The notes below the pieces were generated by a model that did no database searches, was not told the origin of the DNA, and saw nothing but the letters and a program-made list of their open reading frames with translations. Position numbers and translations under genes: made by a program. A stretch of 64,000 nucleotides of DNA from an uncultured Clostridia bacterium (GTDB lineage: Bacteria > Bacillota > Clostridia > TANB77 > CAG-508): the NCBI GenBank assembly GCA_947623725.1, contig CANQHI010000002.1:7296-71295 (forward strand), in the 5' to 3' direction. Below, in pieces: positions 9,225-18,543 of the stretch (the stretch's first letter is position 1; every line of letters starts with the position of its first letter).

Positions 9225-10820
9225 ATGGAATACACTGCTCTTTATAGAAGATTTAGACCTACAACATTTAGTGAAATTGTTGGTCAAGATCATATTGTTA
9301 CTACTCTAAAAAATCAAGTTATAGCAGATAGAGTAGGACATGCATATTTATTTACTGGTTGTAGAGGATGTGGAAAAACATCATCAGCTAAGGTTTTAGC
9401 GAGAGCAATTAATTGTTTAAATCCAAAAGATGGAGAGCCATGTAATGAATGTGAAATATGTAAGGCTGCATTAGATGGTTCATTAACAGATGTTGTTGAA
9501 ATGGATGCAGCATCAAATAATAGTGTAGATGATATTAGAGCAATAAGAGATGAAGTTAATTTTTTGCCAACTCTTGCAAAATATAGAGTATATATTATAG
9601 ATGAGGTTCATATGCTTTCACCAGGAGCTTTTAATGCATTATTAAAAACATTAGAAGAACCACCTCAACATGTAAAATTTATTTTAGCAACAACAGAGCC
9701 TCAAAAACTTCCAGCTACTATATTATCAAGATGTCAAAGATTTGATTTTAAAAAGATACCAGAGAAAGAAATTTCAGAAAATTTAAAGAAAATTTGTGAA
9801 GAATGTAAAATAAATTATACTGAAGGAGCTTTAAATCTTATCTCAGAATTATCAGAAGGGGCTATGAGAGATGCACTTTCAATATTAGAAAGATGTGCAC
9901 AAGACGGTGAAAATAAAATAACGGAAGAAAAAATAAAGGAATTAGTTGGTATTCCTAAAATGGAATATATTTCTGGAATAGTTGAAAAAATAGTAGATTA
10001 CAATAGTGAAGATGCACTAGTATTTACAGAAGACATAATTAATGATGGAAAAGATATAAATAATATATTATGGGAAATAATAAAATACTTAAGAGATATA
10101 TTATTGTATATTTCAACTAAAGAACTTTCAAATATATATTCAAAACAAGATGAAGAAAAAATAAAAGAAATTTCTTCTAAAATAGATAAAGAAAGATTAC
10201 TTAATATTATTTTTAATCTATCAGAGCTAGAAAATAGCATAAAATGGTCATCTCAAAAAAATATAGTTTTTCAAGTGGGAATTTTAAAACTTTGTTCAAA
10301 AGGAAATGACGGTTTAGAAAAAAGAGTAGAAGAATTAGAAGACATAATAAAAAAAGGAAAAATTAATATTAGTAATGATGTTAGTAAAAATAAAATAGAA
10401 GCTAATAAATCTACAATAAAAGTAGAGTCAAATGAATCCACAGAAAAAGCAAAAAATGTGGAAAACGCAAGTCAAAATAATGCAAATCCGAGTGTTAAAA
10501 AAACAAAAAGTGCAGACTTTTGGACAAATGTTATTGAAGCATTAAAGGAACAAAGAATGCCAATCTTATATGCTAATTTAGTAAATGCTAAAGGAGTATT
10601 GCTAGATGATATGACTGTTGGAATAGAATTTCCAAATGGATTAAGTAGTTTTGGAAAAAGCGTAATTGAAAAAACGGAAAATATGGCGGAATTAAAAAGA
10701 TTAATTTCAATAGAATGTAAAAAAGATATGAGAGTAAAAATAATTGATAAAAAAAATAATGAAGAAAAAAAGGATAATAATTTAGATTTAGGAATAAATG
10801 TTAATGTGATTGATGGATAA
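9225..10820 (+). CDS. dnaX: DNA polymerase III subunits gamma/tau
   Basis: Walker A GCRGCGKTS, DEVHML, zinc module CxxC. 531 aa. Confidence 0.92.
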   Translation: MEYTALYRRFRPTTFSEIVGQDHIVTTLKNQVIADRVGHAYLFTGCRGCGKTSSAKVLARAINCLNPKDGEPCNECEICKAALDGSLTDVVEMDAASNNSVDDIRAIRDEVNFLPTLAKYRVYIIDEVHMLSPGAFNALLKTLEEPPQHVKFILATTEPQKLPATILSRCQRFDFKKIPEKEISENLKKICEECKINYTEGALNLISELSEGAMRDALSILERCAQDGENKITEEKIKELVGIPKMEYISGIVEKIVDYNSEDALVFTEDIINDGKDINNILWEIIKYLRDILLYISTKELSNIYSKQDEEKIKEISSKIDKERLLNIIFNLSELENSIKWSSQKNIVFQVGILKLCSKGNDGLEKRVEELEDIIKKGKINISNDVSKNKIEANKSTIKVESNESTEKAKNVENASQNNANPSVKKTKSADFWTNVIEALKEQRMPILYANLVNAKGVLLDDMTVGIEFPNGLSSFGKSVIEKTENMAELKRLISIECKKDMRVKIIDKKNNEEKKDNNLDLGINVNVIDG

Positions 10821-10880
10821 AGGTTATTCATATTTAATGAAATTAAATAGAAAATAAACTTAATAAAGGAGGATAAAAAA

Positions 10881-11222
10881 ATGTCAAAAGGTGGATTTCC
10901 AGGAGGAATGGGAGGATTTGGTGGAATTAATATGAACCAAATTATGAAACAAGCGAAAAAAATGCAAGAGGAAATGGAAAAATCACAAGAAAATTTAGCT
11001 GTTCAAACATTTGAAAGTACAACAGGTGGAGGAGCAGTTTATGTAAAAGTAAATGGAGCAAAAGAAGTGCAAGAAATAAAAATTAAGAAGGATGTTGTTG
11101 ATCCAGATGATGTAGAAATGTTACAAGATTTAATAATAACTTGTGTTAATGATGCATTAAAGAAAGTAGATTCAGCAACAAATGCAGAATTCGGAAAATA
11201 TAATATTCCAGGGTTAAGTTAA
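10881..11222 (+). CDS. ybaB: Nucleoid-associated protein YbaB/EbfC
   Basis: 113-aa YbaB family (MQEEMEK ... GGGAV). dnaX-ybaB-recR synteny. Confidence 0.9.
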   Translation: MSKGGFPGGMGGFGGINMNQIMKQAKKMQEEMEKSQENLAVQTFESTTGGGAVYVKVNGAKEVQEIKIKKDVVDPDDVEMLQDLIITCVNDALKKVDSATNAEFGKYNIPGLS

Positions 11223-11235
11223 AAGGGAGAAAAAA

Positions 11236-11835
11236 ATGTCATACTATTCACCATCAATAGAAAAGCTAATAGAAAGTTTTGAAAAACTTCCTAGCATTGG
11301 AAATAAAACAGCTGTGAGATTAGCTTTTTATATGCTTAATGCTAGCAAAGAAGAAACAGATAGTTTTATAAAAAGTATACAAGATGCTAAAAATAACTTA
11401 AAGCTATGTTCTAAATGTTATAATATATCTGATAATGATCCATGTGAAATATGTTCAAATGCACAAAGAGATCAAAGTAAAATTTGTGTAGTTGAAGATG
11501 TAAAAGATGTTGTAGCAATAGAAAAAATACATGAATATAAAGGATTATATCATGTTTTGCATGGCTCGATTTCTCCAATGGATGGGATAGGACCAGATGA
11601 TATAAAAATTAAAGAGTTATTGTCAAGGTTAATGGATGGTAGTGTTAAGGAAGTTATACTTGCAACAAACCCTAAAGTAGAAGGAGAAGCAACTGCAATG
11701 TATATTTCAAAATTAATAAAACCAATGGGAATAAAAGCAACAAGGCTTGCACATGGAATTCCAGTAGGTGGAGATTTAGAATATACAGATGAATTTACTC
11801 TAGGAAAAGCTTTTGAAGGAAGAACAGAATTATAA
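11236..11835 (+). CDS. recR: Recombination protein RecR
   Basis: C4 zinc finger [16 protein letters not shown]. Toprim domain. 199 aa. Confidence 0.92.
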   Translation: MSYYSPSIEKLIESFEKLPSIGNKTAVRLAFYMLNASKEETDSFIKSIQDAKNNLKLCSKCYNISDNDPCEICSNAQRDQSKICVVEDVKDVVAIEKIHEYKGLYHVLHGSISPMDGIGPDDIKIKELLSRLMDGSVKEVILATNPKVEGEATAMYISKLIKPMGIKATRLAHGIPVGGDLEYTDEFTLGKAFEGRTEL

Positions 11836-11847
11836 AAAAATCAATAG

Positions 11848-11886
11848 AGATATCTTAAGATTAAATATTTAAGATATCTTTTTTTG
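11848..11886 (+). terminator. Rho-independent terminator after recR
   Basis: 11-bp stem AGATATCTTAA / TTAAGATATCT plus T6. Confidence 0.65.
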
Positions 11887-12002
11887 TTATGTATAATTTA
11901 TAAAAATTAGTAAAAAATACTAAAAATGTGAAAAAATGATAATTTCTCTACGGTCACAAGTAAAAGAAAAAATTTTAAAGATATGAGAAAGGAAGAAAAC
12001 TT

Positions 12003-13391
12003 ATGAGTAAAGTTAAAGACAAAATTTATGAATGGAAAGATAGGTTAAGAAGTGAGAAGATGATGACTTTAGTCATTGTTCTAGTAATTATAATTGTAGC
12101 TTTGGCAGTATGTGCTTATAAGAAATCAAAAGCTTATAGACAACTTGCAGAGAATTCATATAATCATGCTTTTTATCAATTAATTGAATATGTTGACAAT
12201 ACAGAAAAATTATTAGCAAAATCGGCAATTTCATATAGTAGTGAACATGCAACAGAAACACTTGCAAATATTAATAAAGAAACAGCATTAGCACAAGCTT
12301 ATCTTTCAAGACTTCCAATAGATACACAAGATTTAGAAAATACTCAAAAATTTTTACATCAAGTTGGAGATTATTGTTATTCTATATCTAAAAAAACTGT
12401 AAAAGGTGAAAAGTTGACACAAGAAGAATTAGATAATTTAACTCAACTTCATCAATATACAGTGGACTTAAAAAATACTTTATATCAACTAGAAGCTGAT
12501 TTTTATTCTCAGACAATAAAATGGGGAGAACTAGAAAATACAGGGAAAAGATTGTTTGCACGAGAAGGAGAAAATTTATCACAAACTAGTTTTTCAAATG
12601 TAGAAGAAGACTTGCATCAATATGCTGGTTTAATATATGATGGAGCATATTCAGAAGGATTGGAGAATCCAGACATAGTAGGACTTGTAGGAGATGATAT
12701 AGATCAAAATAAGGCTCAAGAAATTGCAAAAGCCTTTTTAGGTGAAGATAGAATTTCAGAAATAAATTTTTCAGAAGAATCTCAAAACGCAAATATAAAT
12801 TGTTATAACTTTAATGGTAAAACAAAAAGTGGTGATAATTTTACAATAGCTGTTTCAAAAAAAGGCGGCCACATAGTATCTATAAACTGTGATAAAAAAG
12901 TAAATGGAGAAAATATAAGTGAAGATGAAGCTGTAAACTTAGGAAAAGAATTTTTACAAAACCGTGAATATAAGAATATGAGAGAAACTTACTATATGAA
13001 AGAAAATAATGTTCTTACAGTAAATTATGCTTATGTTCAAGATGATGTAATAATGTATCCTGATTTGATAAAATTAAAAATAGCTTTAGATAATGGAGAG
13101 ATAATTGGATTAGAATCAACAGGATATTTGAATTCTCATAAAGATCAAAGAGAACTTAAAGAAGTAAAAATAACTAAAGAGCAAGCACTAGAATTGGTTA
13201 ATCCAAAATTAGAAATAAAGGCAACTGATTTAGCAGTTATACCAACTGAATGGAACACTGAAATTTTTTGCTGGGAAATAAAAGGAAGAAATGAAGAGAG
13301 CGATTTTTTAGTATATATAAATGTAGAAACTGGAGAAGAAGAGGATATACTTATGATTGTAGATACGCCAAATGGAACTCTTACAACATAA
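12003..13391 (+). CDS. ypeB: Germination protein YpeB-like (N-terminal TM, C-terminal PepSY-type domains)
   Basis: N-terminal anchor MMTLVIVLVIIIVALAVCAY. C-terminal FLVYINVETGEEEDILMIVDTPNG PepSY-like motif. 462 aa. Confidence 0.55.
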   Translation: MSKVKDKIYEWKDRLRSEKMMTLVIVLVIIIVALAVCAYKKSKAYRQLAENSYNHAFYQLIEYVDNTEKLLAKSAISYSSEHATETLANINKETALAQAYLSRLPIDTQDLENTQKFLHQVGDYCYSISKKTVKGEKLTQEELDNLTQLHQYTVDLKNTLYQLEADFYSQTIKWGELENTGKRLFAREGENLSQTSFSNVEEDLHQYAGLIYDGAYSEGLENPDIVGLVGDDIDQNKAQEIAKAFLGEDRISEINFSEESQNANINCYNFNGKTKSGDNFTIAVSKKGGHIVSINCDKKVNGENISEDEAVNLGKEFLQNREYKNMRETYYMKENNVLTVNYAYVQDDVIMYPDLIKLKIALDNGEIIGLESTGYLNSHKDQRELKEVKITKEQALELVNPKLEIKATDLAVIPTEWNTEIFCWEIKGRNEESDFLVYINVETGEEEDILMIVDTPNGTLTT

Positions 13392-13512
13392 ATTTATTAA
13401 GGAAAAAATTCTTATAGTATAAGAAAATATAGAGCTTGTAAAAAATATAATGTTAGAATATAATATAAAAAAAGTAATAAAATTTAAAAATAGTAGTATT
13501 ATTAAAAGTGAA

Positions 13513-14862
13513 GGGGTAAATATGAAAATAGCAGATATTTTAAAAGTTACAGCAGGAAAGCTTATATGTGGAGATGAAAATATAGAAGTAGAAAATTTTG
13601 AAAAAGATAATAGATGTATAAAAGAAGGAGATGTATTTGTTGCAATAAAAGGAGAAAATTTTGATGGAAATAAGTTTTATAAAGAAGCAATAAAAAGTGG
13701 AGCAAAATTGTGTATATTAAGTGAAATGCCTGAAGAAAAAATAGGTAATATAGTACTAGTTGAAGACACAATAAAAGCAATTTCACAAATTGCAGAATAC
13801 AAAAGAAGTTTGTATGATATTCCAGTTGTTGCAGTAACCGGAAGTGTTGGAAAAACAAGTACAAAAGATATTATAGCTTCTGTTATGAGTCAAAAATATA
13901 ATGTATTAAAAACAGAGGGAAATTTGAATAATAATATTGGATTACCATTCACAATTTTAAGACTAAAAAATGAGAATGCAATAGTTGTAGAAATGGGAAT
14001 GAATCACTTTGGCGAAATAAGTGCATTGTCTAAAATTGCAAAGCCAACTCTTGCAGTAATTACAAATATAGGAACAGCTCATATTGGAAATTTAGGAACA
14101 AGAGAAAATATATTAAAAGCAAAGCTTGAGATTTTAGATGGATTACAAGGAAATAATATTGTTATTAATAATGATAATGATTTATTAAGGAATTGGCAAA
14201 ATAGTAAGTATAATGTAATAACTTATGGAATAAAAAATAAAGATAGTATGTATGTAGCAGAAGATATAAATTCGTTTGAAACAAAAAGCATATTTAATCT
14301 TTTAGATAACAAAATTAATGCAAAAGAAAATGATATAGAAGTACCAATTTCAGGAGAACATTTTGTGCTAAATGCCTTGTGCGCGATAGCAGTTGGAAGA
14401 TATTTTAATATTTCTATAGAAGATATAAAAAAGGGAATAAAAGAATTCAAATTAACTAAAAATAGAATGGATATTTTTGAAACAAAATCAAATGTCCTTG
14501 TTGTAAATGATACATATAACGCAAATTATGATTCGATGAAAGCTGCAATTGAATATTTAGAAAAGATAGAAAAACGCAGAAAGATAGCAGTATTAGGTGA
14601 TATGCTTGAATTAGGAAGCTATTCAGAAGAGTTACACAAAAAAATAGGAGAATGTATTGAAAACATTGATATATTAATAACAATTGGAGAAAATGCAAAG
14701 ATAATAAATGACTGTGCAAAAGTTTCAAATAAAGTTCATTTTAATAACAATGAAGAGGCAGTAAAAGAAATAAAAAGTATTTTGAAATCAGGTGATGCTA
14801 TTTTACTAAAGGCATCTAATTCGATGAAATTTAGTGAAATAGTAGATAAAATAAAAGATTAA
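13513..14862 (+). CDS. murF: UDP-N-acetylmuramoyl-tripeptide--D-alanyl-D-alanine ligase
   Basis: Mur ligase P-loop VVAVTGSVGKTSTKD. Start at ATG 13513 (RBS GAAGGGG). Confidence 0.85.
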   Translation, partial: GVNMKIADILKVTAGKLICGDENIEVENFEKDNRCIKEGDVFVAIKGENFDGNKFYKEAIKSGAKLCILSEMPEEKIGNIVLVEDTIKAISQIAEYKRSLYDIPVVAVTGSVGKTSTKDIIASVMSQKYNVLKTEGNLNNNIGLPFTILRLKNENAIVVEMGMNHFGEISALSKIAKPTLAVITNIGTAHIGNLGTRENILKAKLEILDGLQGNNIVINNDNDLLRNWQNSKYNVITYGIKNKDSMYVAEDINSFETKSIFNLLDNKINAKENDIEVPISGEHFVLNALCAIAVGRYFNISIEDIKKGIKEFKLTKNRMDIFETKSNVLVVNDTYNANYDSMKAAIEYLEKIEKRRKIAVLGDMLELGSYSEELHKKIGECIENIDILITIGENAKIINDCAKVSNKVHFNNNEEAVKEIKSILKSGDAILLKASNSMKFSEIVDKIKD

Positions 14863-14886
14863 ATTCTTTAGAAAGGAAAATTAATA

Positions 14887-15876
14887 ATGAAGAAAGTTGC
14901 AATTATTTATGGAGGAATGTCTTCAGAGCATGATGTTTCAATGGTGTCTGGACAAAATGTAATAGACAACATAGATAAAACAAAATATGACATTTATCCA
15001 TTAATAATTACTAAAGAAGGAAAGTGGATTGACAAAAGAGAGAAAGAAATAAAGGATATATTTAAGTTATTAAAAGAGATGGATGTGGTATTTCCAGTAT
15101 TACATGGTTTATATGGTGAAGATGGTACTATTCAAGGAATGCTTGAAATGGCAAAGGTTAAATATGTTGGTTGTAAAGTGCTATCGTCAAGTGTATCAAT
15201 GGATAAAGTTTATACAAAAATAATTTTTGAAAAAGCTAAGATACCACAAGCAAAATATATTTATCTAAAAAATGAAAATACATACATAGATGAAAATTTT
15301 GATGAAATGTATTTAGAAAATGATAAAATCATTTCTTTAGTAGAAGAAAAATTAAGTTTTCCTGTTTTTGTGAAGCCATCTAATTCAGGATCTTCAATAG
15401 GTATTTCAAAAGCAAAAAATGGTGCAGAGCTTATAAAGGCTATAGCTGATGCATCAATATATGATAAGAAAATTATAATTGAGCAAGCAATAGTTGGTAA
15501 AGAAGTTGAATGTGCAGTTTTAGGAAATGAAGCTTCGTCAGTCGGTCAAATATTGCCAGCAGAAGAGTTTTATTCTTATAATGCAAAATATGAAAATGCT
15601 GAATCACAAGTTATTATACCAGCAGATTTATCAGAAGAAAAAATAGAAGAAATAAGAAAATTAGCTTTAAAAGCATTTAATGCTGTAGATGGAAGTGGAA
15701 TTGCAAGAGTTGATTTTTTTGTAGAAGAAGGAACAGAGAAAGTATATATAAATGAAATTAATACAATGCCTGGTTTTACTGAAATAAGTATGTATCCAAA
15801 ATTATGGGAAAAAGCAGGAATATCTTATTCTGATTTGATATCAAAACTAATTGAATTAGGATTAGAAAATAATTAA
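14887..15876 (+). CDS. ddl: D-alanine--D-alanine ligase
   Basis: MKKVAIIYGGMSSEHDVSMVSG N-terminus. ATP-grasp. 329 aa. Confidence 0.9.
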   Translation: MKKVAIIYGGMSSEHDVSMVSGQNVIDNIDKTKYDIYPLIITKEGKWIDKREKEIKDIFKLLKEMDVVFPVLHGLYGEDGTIQGMLEMAKVKYVGCKVLSSSVSMDKVYTKIIFEKAKIPQAKYIYLKNENTYIDENFDEMYLENDKIISLVEEKLSFPVFVKPSNSGSSIGISKAKNGAELIKAIADASIYDKKIIIEQAIVGKEVECAVLGNEASSVGQILPAEEFYSYNAKYENAESQVIIPADLSEEKIEEIRKLALKAFNAVDGSGIARVDFFVEEGTEKVYINEINTMPGFTEISMYPKLWEKAGISYSDLISKLIELGLENN

Positions 15877-16021
15877 TTATTTGTCAAGTAAAAAGGGGGG
15901 CAAGTTAAAATCAATATTTTGTAATTAAAATTTTAAAACGATAAAAATTGGGTGAAACTATAGAACTTTGAAAAAAATATGATATAATACACATAATTAA
16001 AACAAAAAGGAATATAGTGAA

Positions 16022-16588
16022 ATGGAAATAAAAGAATTAAAAGAGGAACTAAAAAAGTATTTAAAAACATCTAGATATGATCATAGTATAAGCGTAATGG
16101 AAGTTAGTGGACAATTAGCAGAAAAATATCATATTAATAAAGAAAAAGTAATGAAGGTAGCTCTAATGCATGATATGGCAAAGGAGCTACCTTTTGACGA
16201 ATTAAAAAATTATATTATAAAAAATAATATATATGCTTCAAAAATGGAAATGAGAGTGGGCGTAACATTGCACGGTAAAGTTGCAGCAGATATGTGCAAA
16301 AAGAAGTATGGATTTAATTACGAAATGTGCAAAGCAATTAGTGTTCATACAACAGGCAAACCTAGAATGTCATTATTAGAAAAGATAATATTTATAGCAG
16401 ATAAAATCGATTATACAAGGACTTATGAGGGGGCCGAAGAACTGAGAAAATTAGCTTTTCAAGATATTGATGCTGCAATAGTAAAAAACATTGAAAATAG
16501 TATTATAAGAAATATAGAAAGCAACAGATTAATTTTAGAAGAAAGTATAAAAACTAGAAATTATATATTGATAAACACTAAAAAATAA
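16022..16588 (+). CDS. HD-domain hydrolase, YqeK-like (bis(5'-nucleosyl)-tetraphosphatase family)
   Basis: HS..., MHDMAK, HTTG and FIADKID motifs of YqeK-type HD phosphohydrolases. Confidence 0.6.
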   Translation: MEIKELKEELKKYLKTSRYDHSISVMEVSGQLAEKYHINKEKVMKVALMHDMAKELPFDELKNYIIKNNIYASKMEMRVGVTLHGKVAADMCKKKYGFNYEMCKAISVHTTGKPRMSLLEKIIFIADKIDYTRTYEGAEELRKLAFQDIDAAIVKNIENSIIRNIESNRLILEESIKTRNYILINTKK

Positions 16589-16629
16589 GCTATAATAATT
16601 TTACCATATTTGCAAATGGAGGATGTTAA

Positions 16630-17484
16630 ATGATTTTCAAAGATTACTATAAAATACTTGGACTTGAATCAAATAAAGTAAGTTTAGATGAAATAAGAGT
16701 AGCATATAGAGAGAAAGCAAAGAAATTTCATCCTGATATAAATGTTGGAAATAGTGAGGCAGAAGCAATTTTTAAAGATGTAAATGAAGCTTATAGAATA
16801 TTAAGTGATGCTTCACAAAGACGAAAATATGACTTTAAATGGAATAAATATATAGGAAGTAAAAAGAAAAAAACAACAACACAAAAAAGAACATTTAAGG
16901 AAATGCTTTTAGATATATTATTTGGAGGAATATCAAAACAAAAAAGTGTGAAAAAAGTTGTTCCAGAGTATGGGGAAGATATTGATACAGAAATAGATAT
17001 TTCTTTAAAAGAAGCATTTTTTGGTGTAAATAAAGTTATAAAGTTAAGAGCTGTAAACGGAAGAGAAACATCATTCTCAGTAAAAGTTCCAGCAGGAGTG
17101 CAAAATCATGATAAAATTAGAATTGTTGGACAAGGTAAAAAAGGAAAAAATGGCGGAAAGAATGGAGATTTACGCGTAATAGTTAATATAAAAGATGGTA
17201 ATAAGTTTAAACTTAATGGAATAGACATATATGCAGAAATTGAAGTGACCGTATACGAAGCAGCACTTGGATGCAGAAAAAATATTAATTTATTTGGAGA
17301 GGAAATTAATATAATTATTCCGAAATGCTGTAGTAGTGGGAAAAAGCTTTGTATACCTCAAAAAGGATATAAAAATGGAAAAGGTAAAAGGGGCAATTTG
17401 TATGTAATTACAAGGATTGTATTGCCTGAAAAATTATCTAAAGAACAAGAGAACCTTTATATAAAATTAAAAAATGTAAGTTAA
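16630..17484 (+). CDS. DnaJ-domain co-chaperone (J domain + DnaJ C-terminal domains, no Zn finger; CbpA-like)
   Basis: J-domain DYYKILGL ... KFHPDIN with HPD. Gly/Lys linker. C-terminal beta-sandwich repeats. Confidence 0.75.
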   Translation: MIFKDYYKILGLESNKVSLDEIRVAYREKAKKFHPDINVGNSEAEAIFKDVNEAYRILSDASQRRKYDFKWNKYIGSKKKKTTTQKRTFKEMLLDILFGGISKQKSVKKVVPEYGEDIDTEIDISLKEAFFGVNKVIKLRAVNGRETSFSVKVPAGVQNHDKIRIVGQGKKGKNGGKNGDLRVIVNIKDGNKFKLNGIDIYAEIEVTVYEAALGCRKNINLFGEEINIIIPKCCSSGKKLCIPQKGYKNGKGKRGNLYVITRIVLPEKLSKEQENLYIKLKNVS

Positions 17485-17600
17485 ATAATTTTAATAGTAA
17501 ATCAAAAAAATAAATCCAGTATTCATAAAGTAAATGTGTGTAAAAGGTCAAGTGAAAAAGTAAATGCAATGTGTGTAAAATACAAAAAAAGCTATATTAG

Positions 17601-17629
17601 TTGACATATTATGTTTAAAGTGCTATAAT
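17601..17629 (+). promoter_or_regulatory. Consensus sigma-A promoter (TTGACA-N17-TATAAT) for the 3-gene operon ending in the T4CP gene
   Basis: TTGACA 17601-17606 and TATAAT 17624-17629 with exact 17-nt spacing. Confidence 0.55.
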
Positions 17630-17677
17630 TATAGATGGTAGGATAACAAAAGAAGAAATAGTAGAAAGAGGTGCGAT

Positions 17678-18196
17678 ATGACTGAAGGATTTCATGGTAA
17701 ATATTTTAGTGTAACTGATCCACAGGGTGTTAATACAGTTATATATAGAATTAATGAAACTGCCAAGGAATTACAGAATAAATATCCCAAATATACTGTT
17801 GAACGCTTAGTTTTCTCTGAAGAAATAAATGGTAATAATAAAAAGAAAACATTTTTTATTGATTACCCACAACCAGAAGGAGAAGATTTAGTAATACTTT
17901 CTTTTGGAGAACAAAAAGTAGTAGTTAATATGGGATTTTTAAAAGATGATAAAGTAAAAATATCTAAAAGACCATTGCCTGTTAAATTTGATACAATTTA
18001 TTCAGAACAAACAATGGAACTTAAAGATTTTAAATATACGCCAAATTTAAGAAGACCAATAACAATTATTGATCCAGAAACTACTGAGGAAATAAAACCA
18101 ATGATTTATTTAGATAAAAATACAAATGAAGTAAGAGGAAGATGTAAATTGAAACCAAATAAATCTTATTTCAGCTTTGAAATAAGAGACAAATAA
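17678..18196 (+). CDS. Hypothetical protein (172 aa), first gene of the T4CP operon
   Basis: RBS AGAAAGAGG. No recognised family. Confidence 0.5.
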   Translation: MTEGFHGKYFSVTDPQGVNTVIYRINETAKELQNKYPKYTVERLVFSEEINGNNKKKTFFIDYPQPEGEDLVILSFGEQKVVVNMGFLKDDKVKISKRPLPVKFDTIYSEQTMELKDFKYTPNLRRPITIIDPETTEEIKPMIYLDKNTNEVRGRCKLKPNKSYFSFEIRDK

Positions 18197-18211
18197 GGAG
18201 GAGTATTAATA

Positions 18212-18487
18212 GTGAAAATATGTTGTACAGAAGTTGGAAATGATTCAAGACTTAATAAATTTATCGGTAATAATCATGGAGAAAAATATGAAGTACAAGA
18301 AAATGAAATGCCTTCAGAAATAGTTCAACTTTCAACCGGTGATTTTAATGAAAATAGTCAAATGCTTAATCAGACACAACTTAGAGAATTAAAAGAAAAA
18401 TTTAATGCTAGAGTAACAAATTATGCATTAAGACAAAAAGAAGAAATAATAAAAGCTGATAAGCAACAAGATGTAACTAGAGATTAA
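18212..18487 (+). CDS. Hypothetical protein (91 aa), GTG start coupled to the upstream gene
   Basis: AAGGAGG 10 nt upstream of GTG. Acidic/Q-rich. Confidence 0.45.
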   Translation: MKICCTEVGNDSRLNKFIGNNHGEKYEVQENEMPSEIVQLSTGDFNENSQMLNQTQLRELKEKFNARVTNYALRQKEEIIKADKQQDVTRD

Positions 18488-18543
18488 AATTATAGGTTTA
18501 GAAGGTTCAAAAAAATTAAAACCAATGAGAAGGTAAAAAATAT

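Noticed and set aside
12003-13391. Sigma-G/F-type sporulation promoter upstream of the ypeB-like gene
   Set aside because: Candidate -35/-10 (GATAA ... CACAAGTA) does not match consensus well enough to report.
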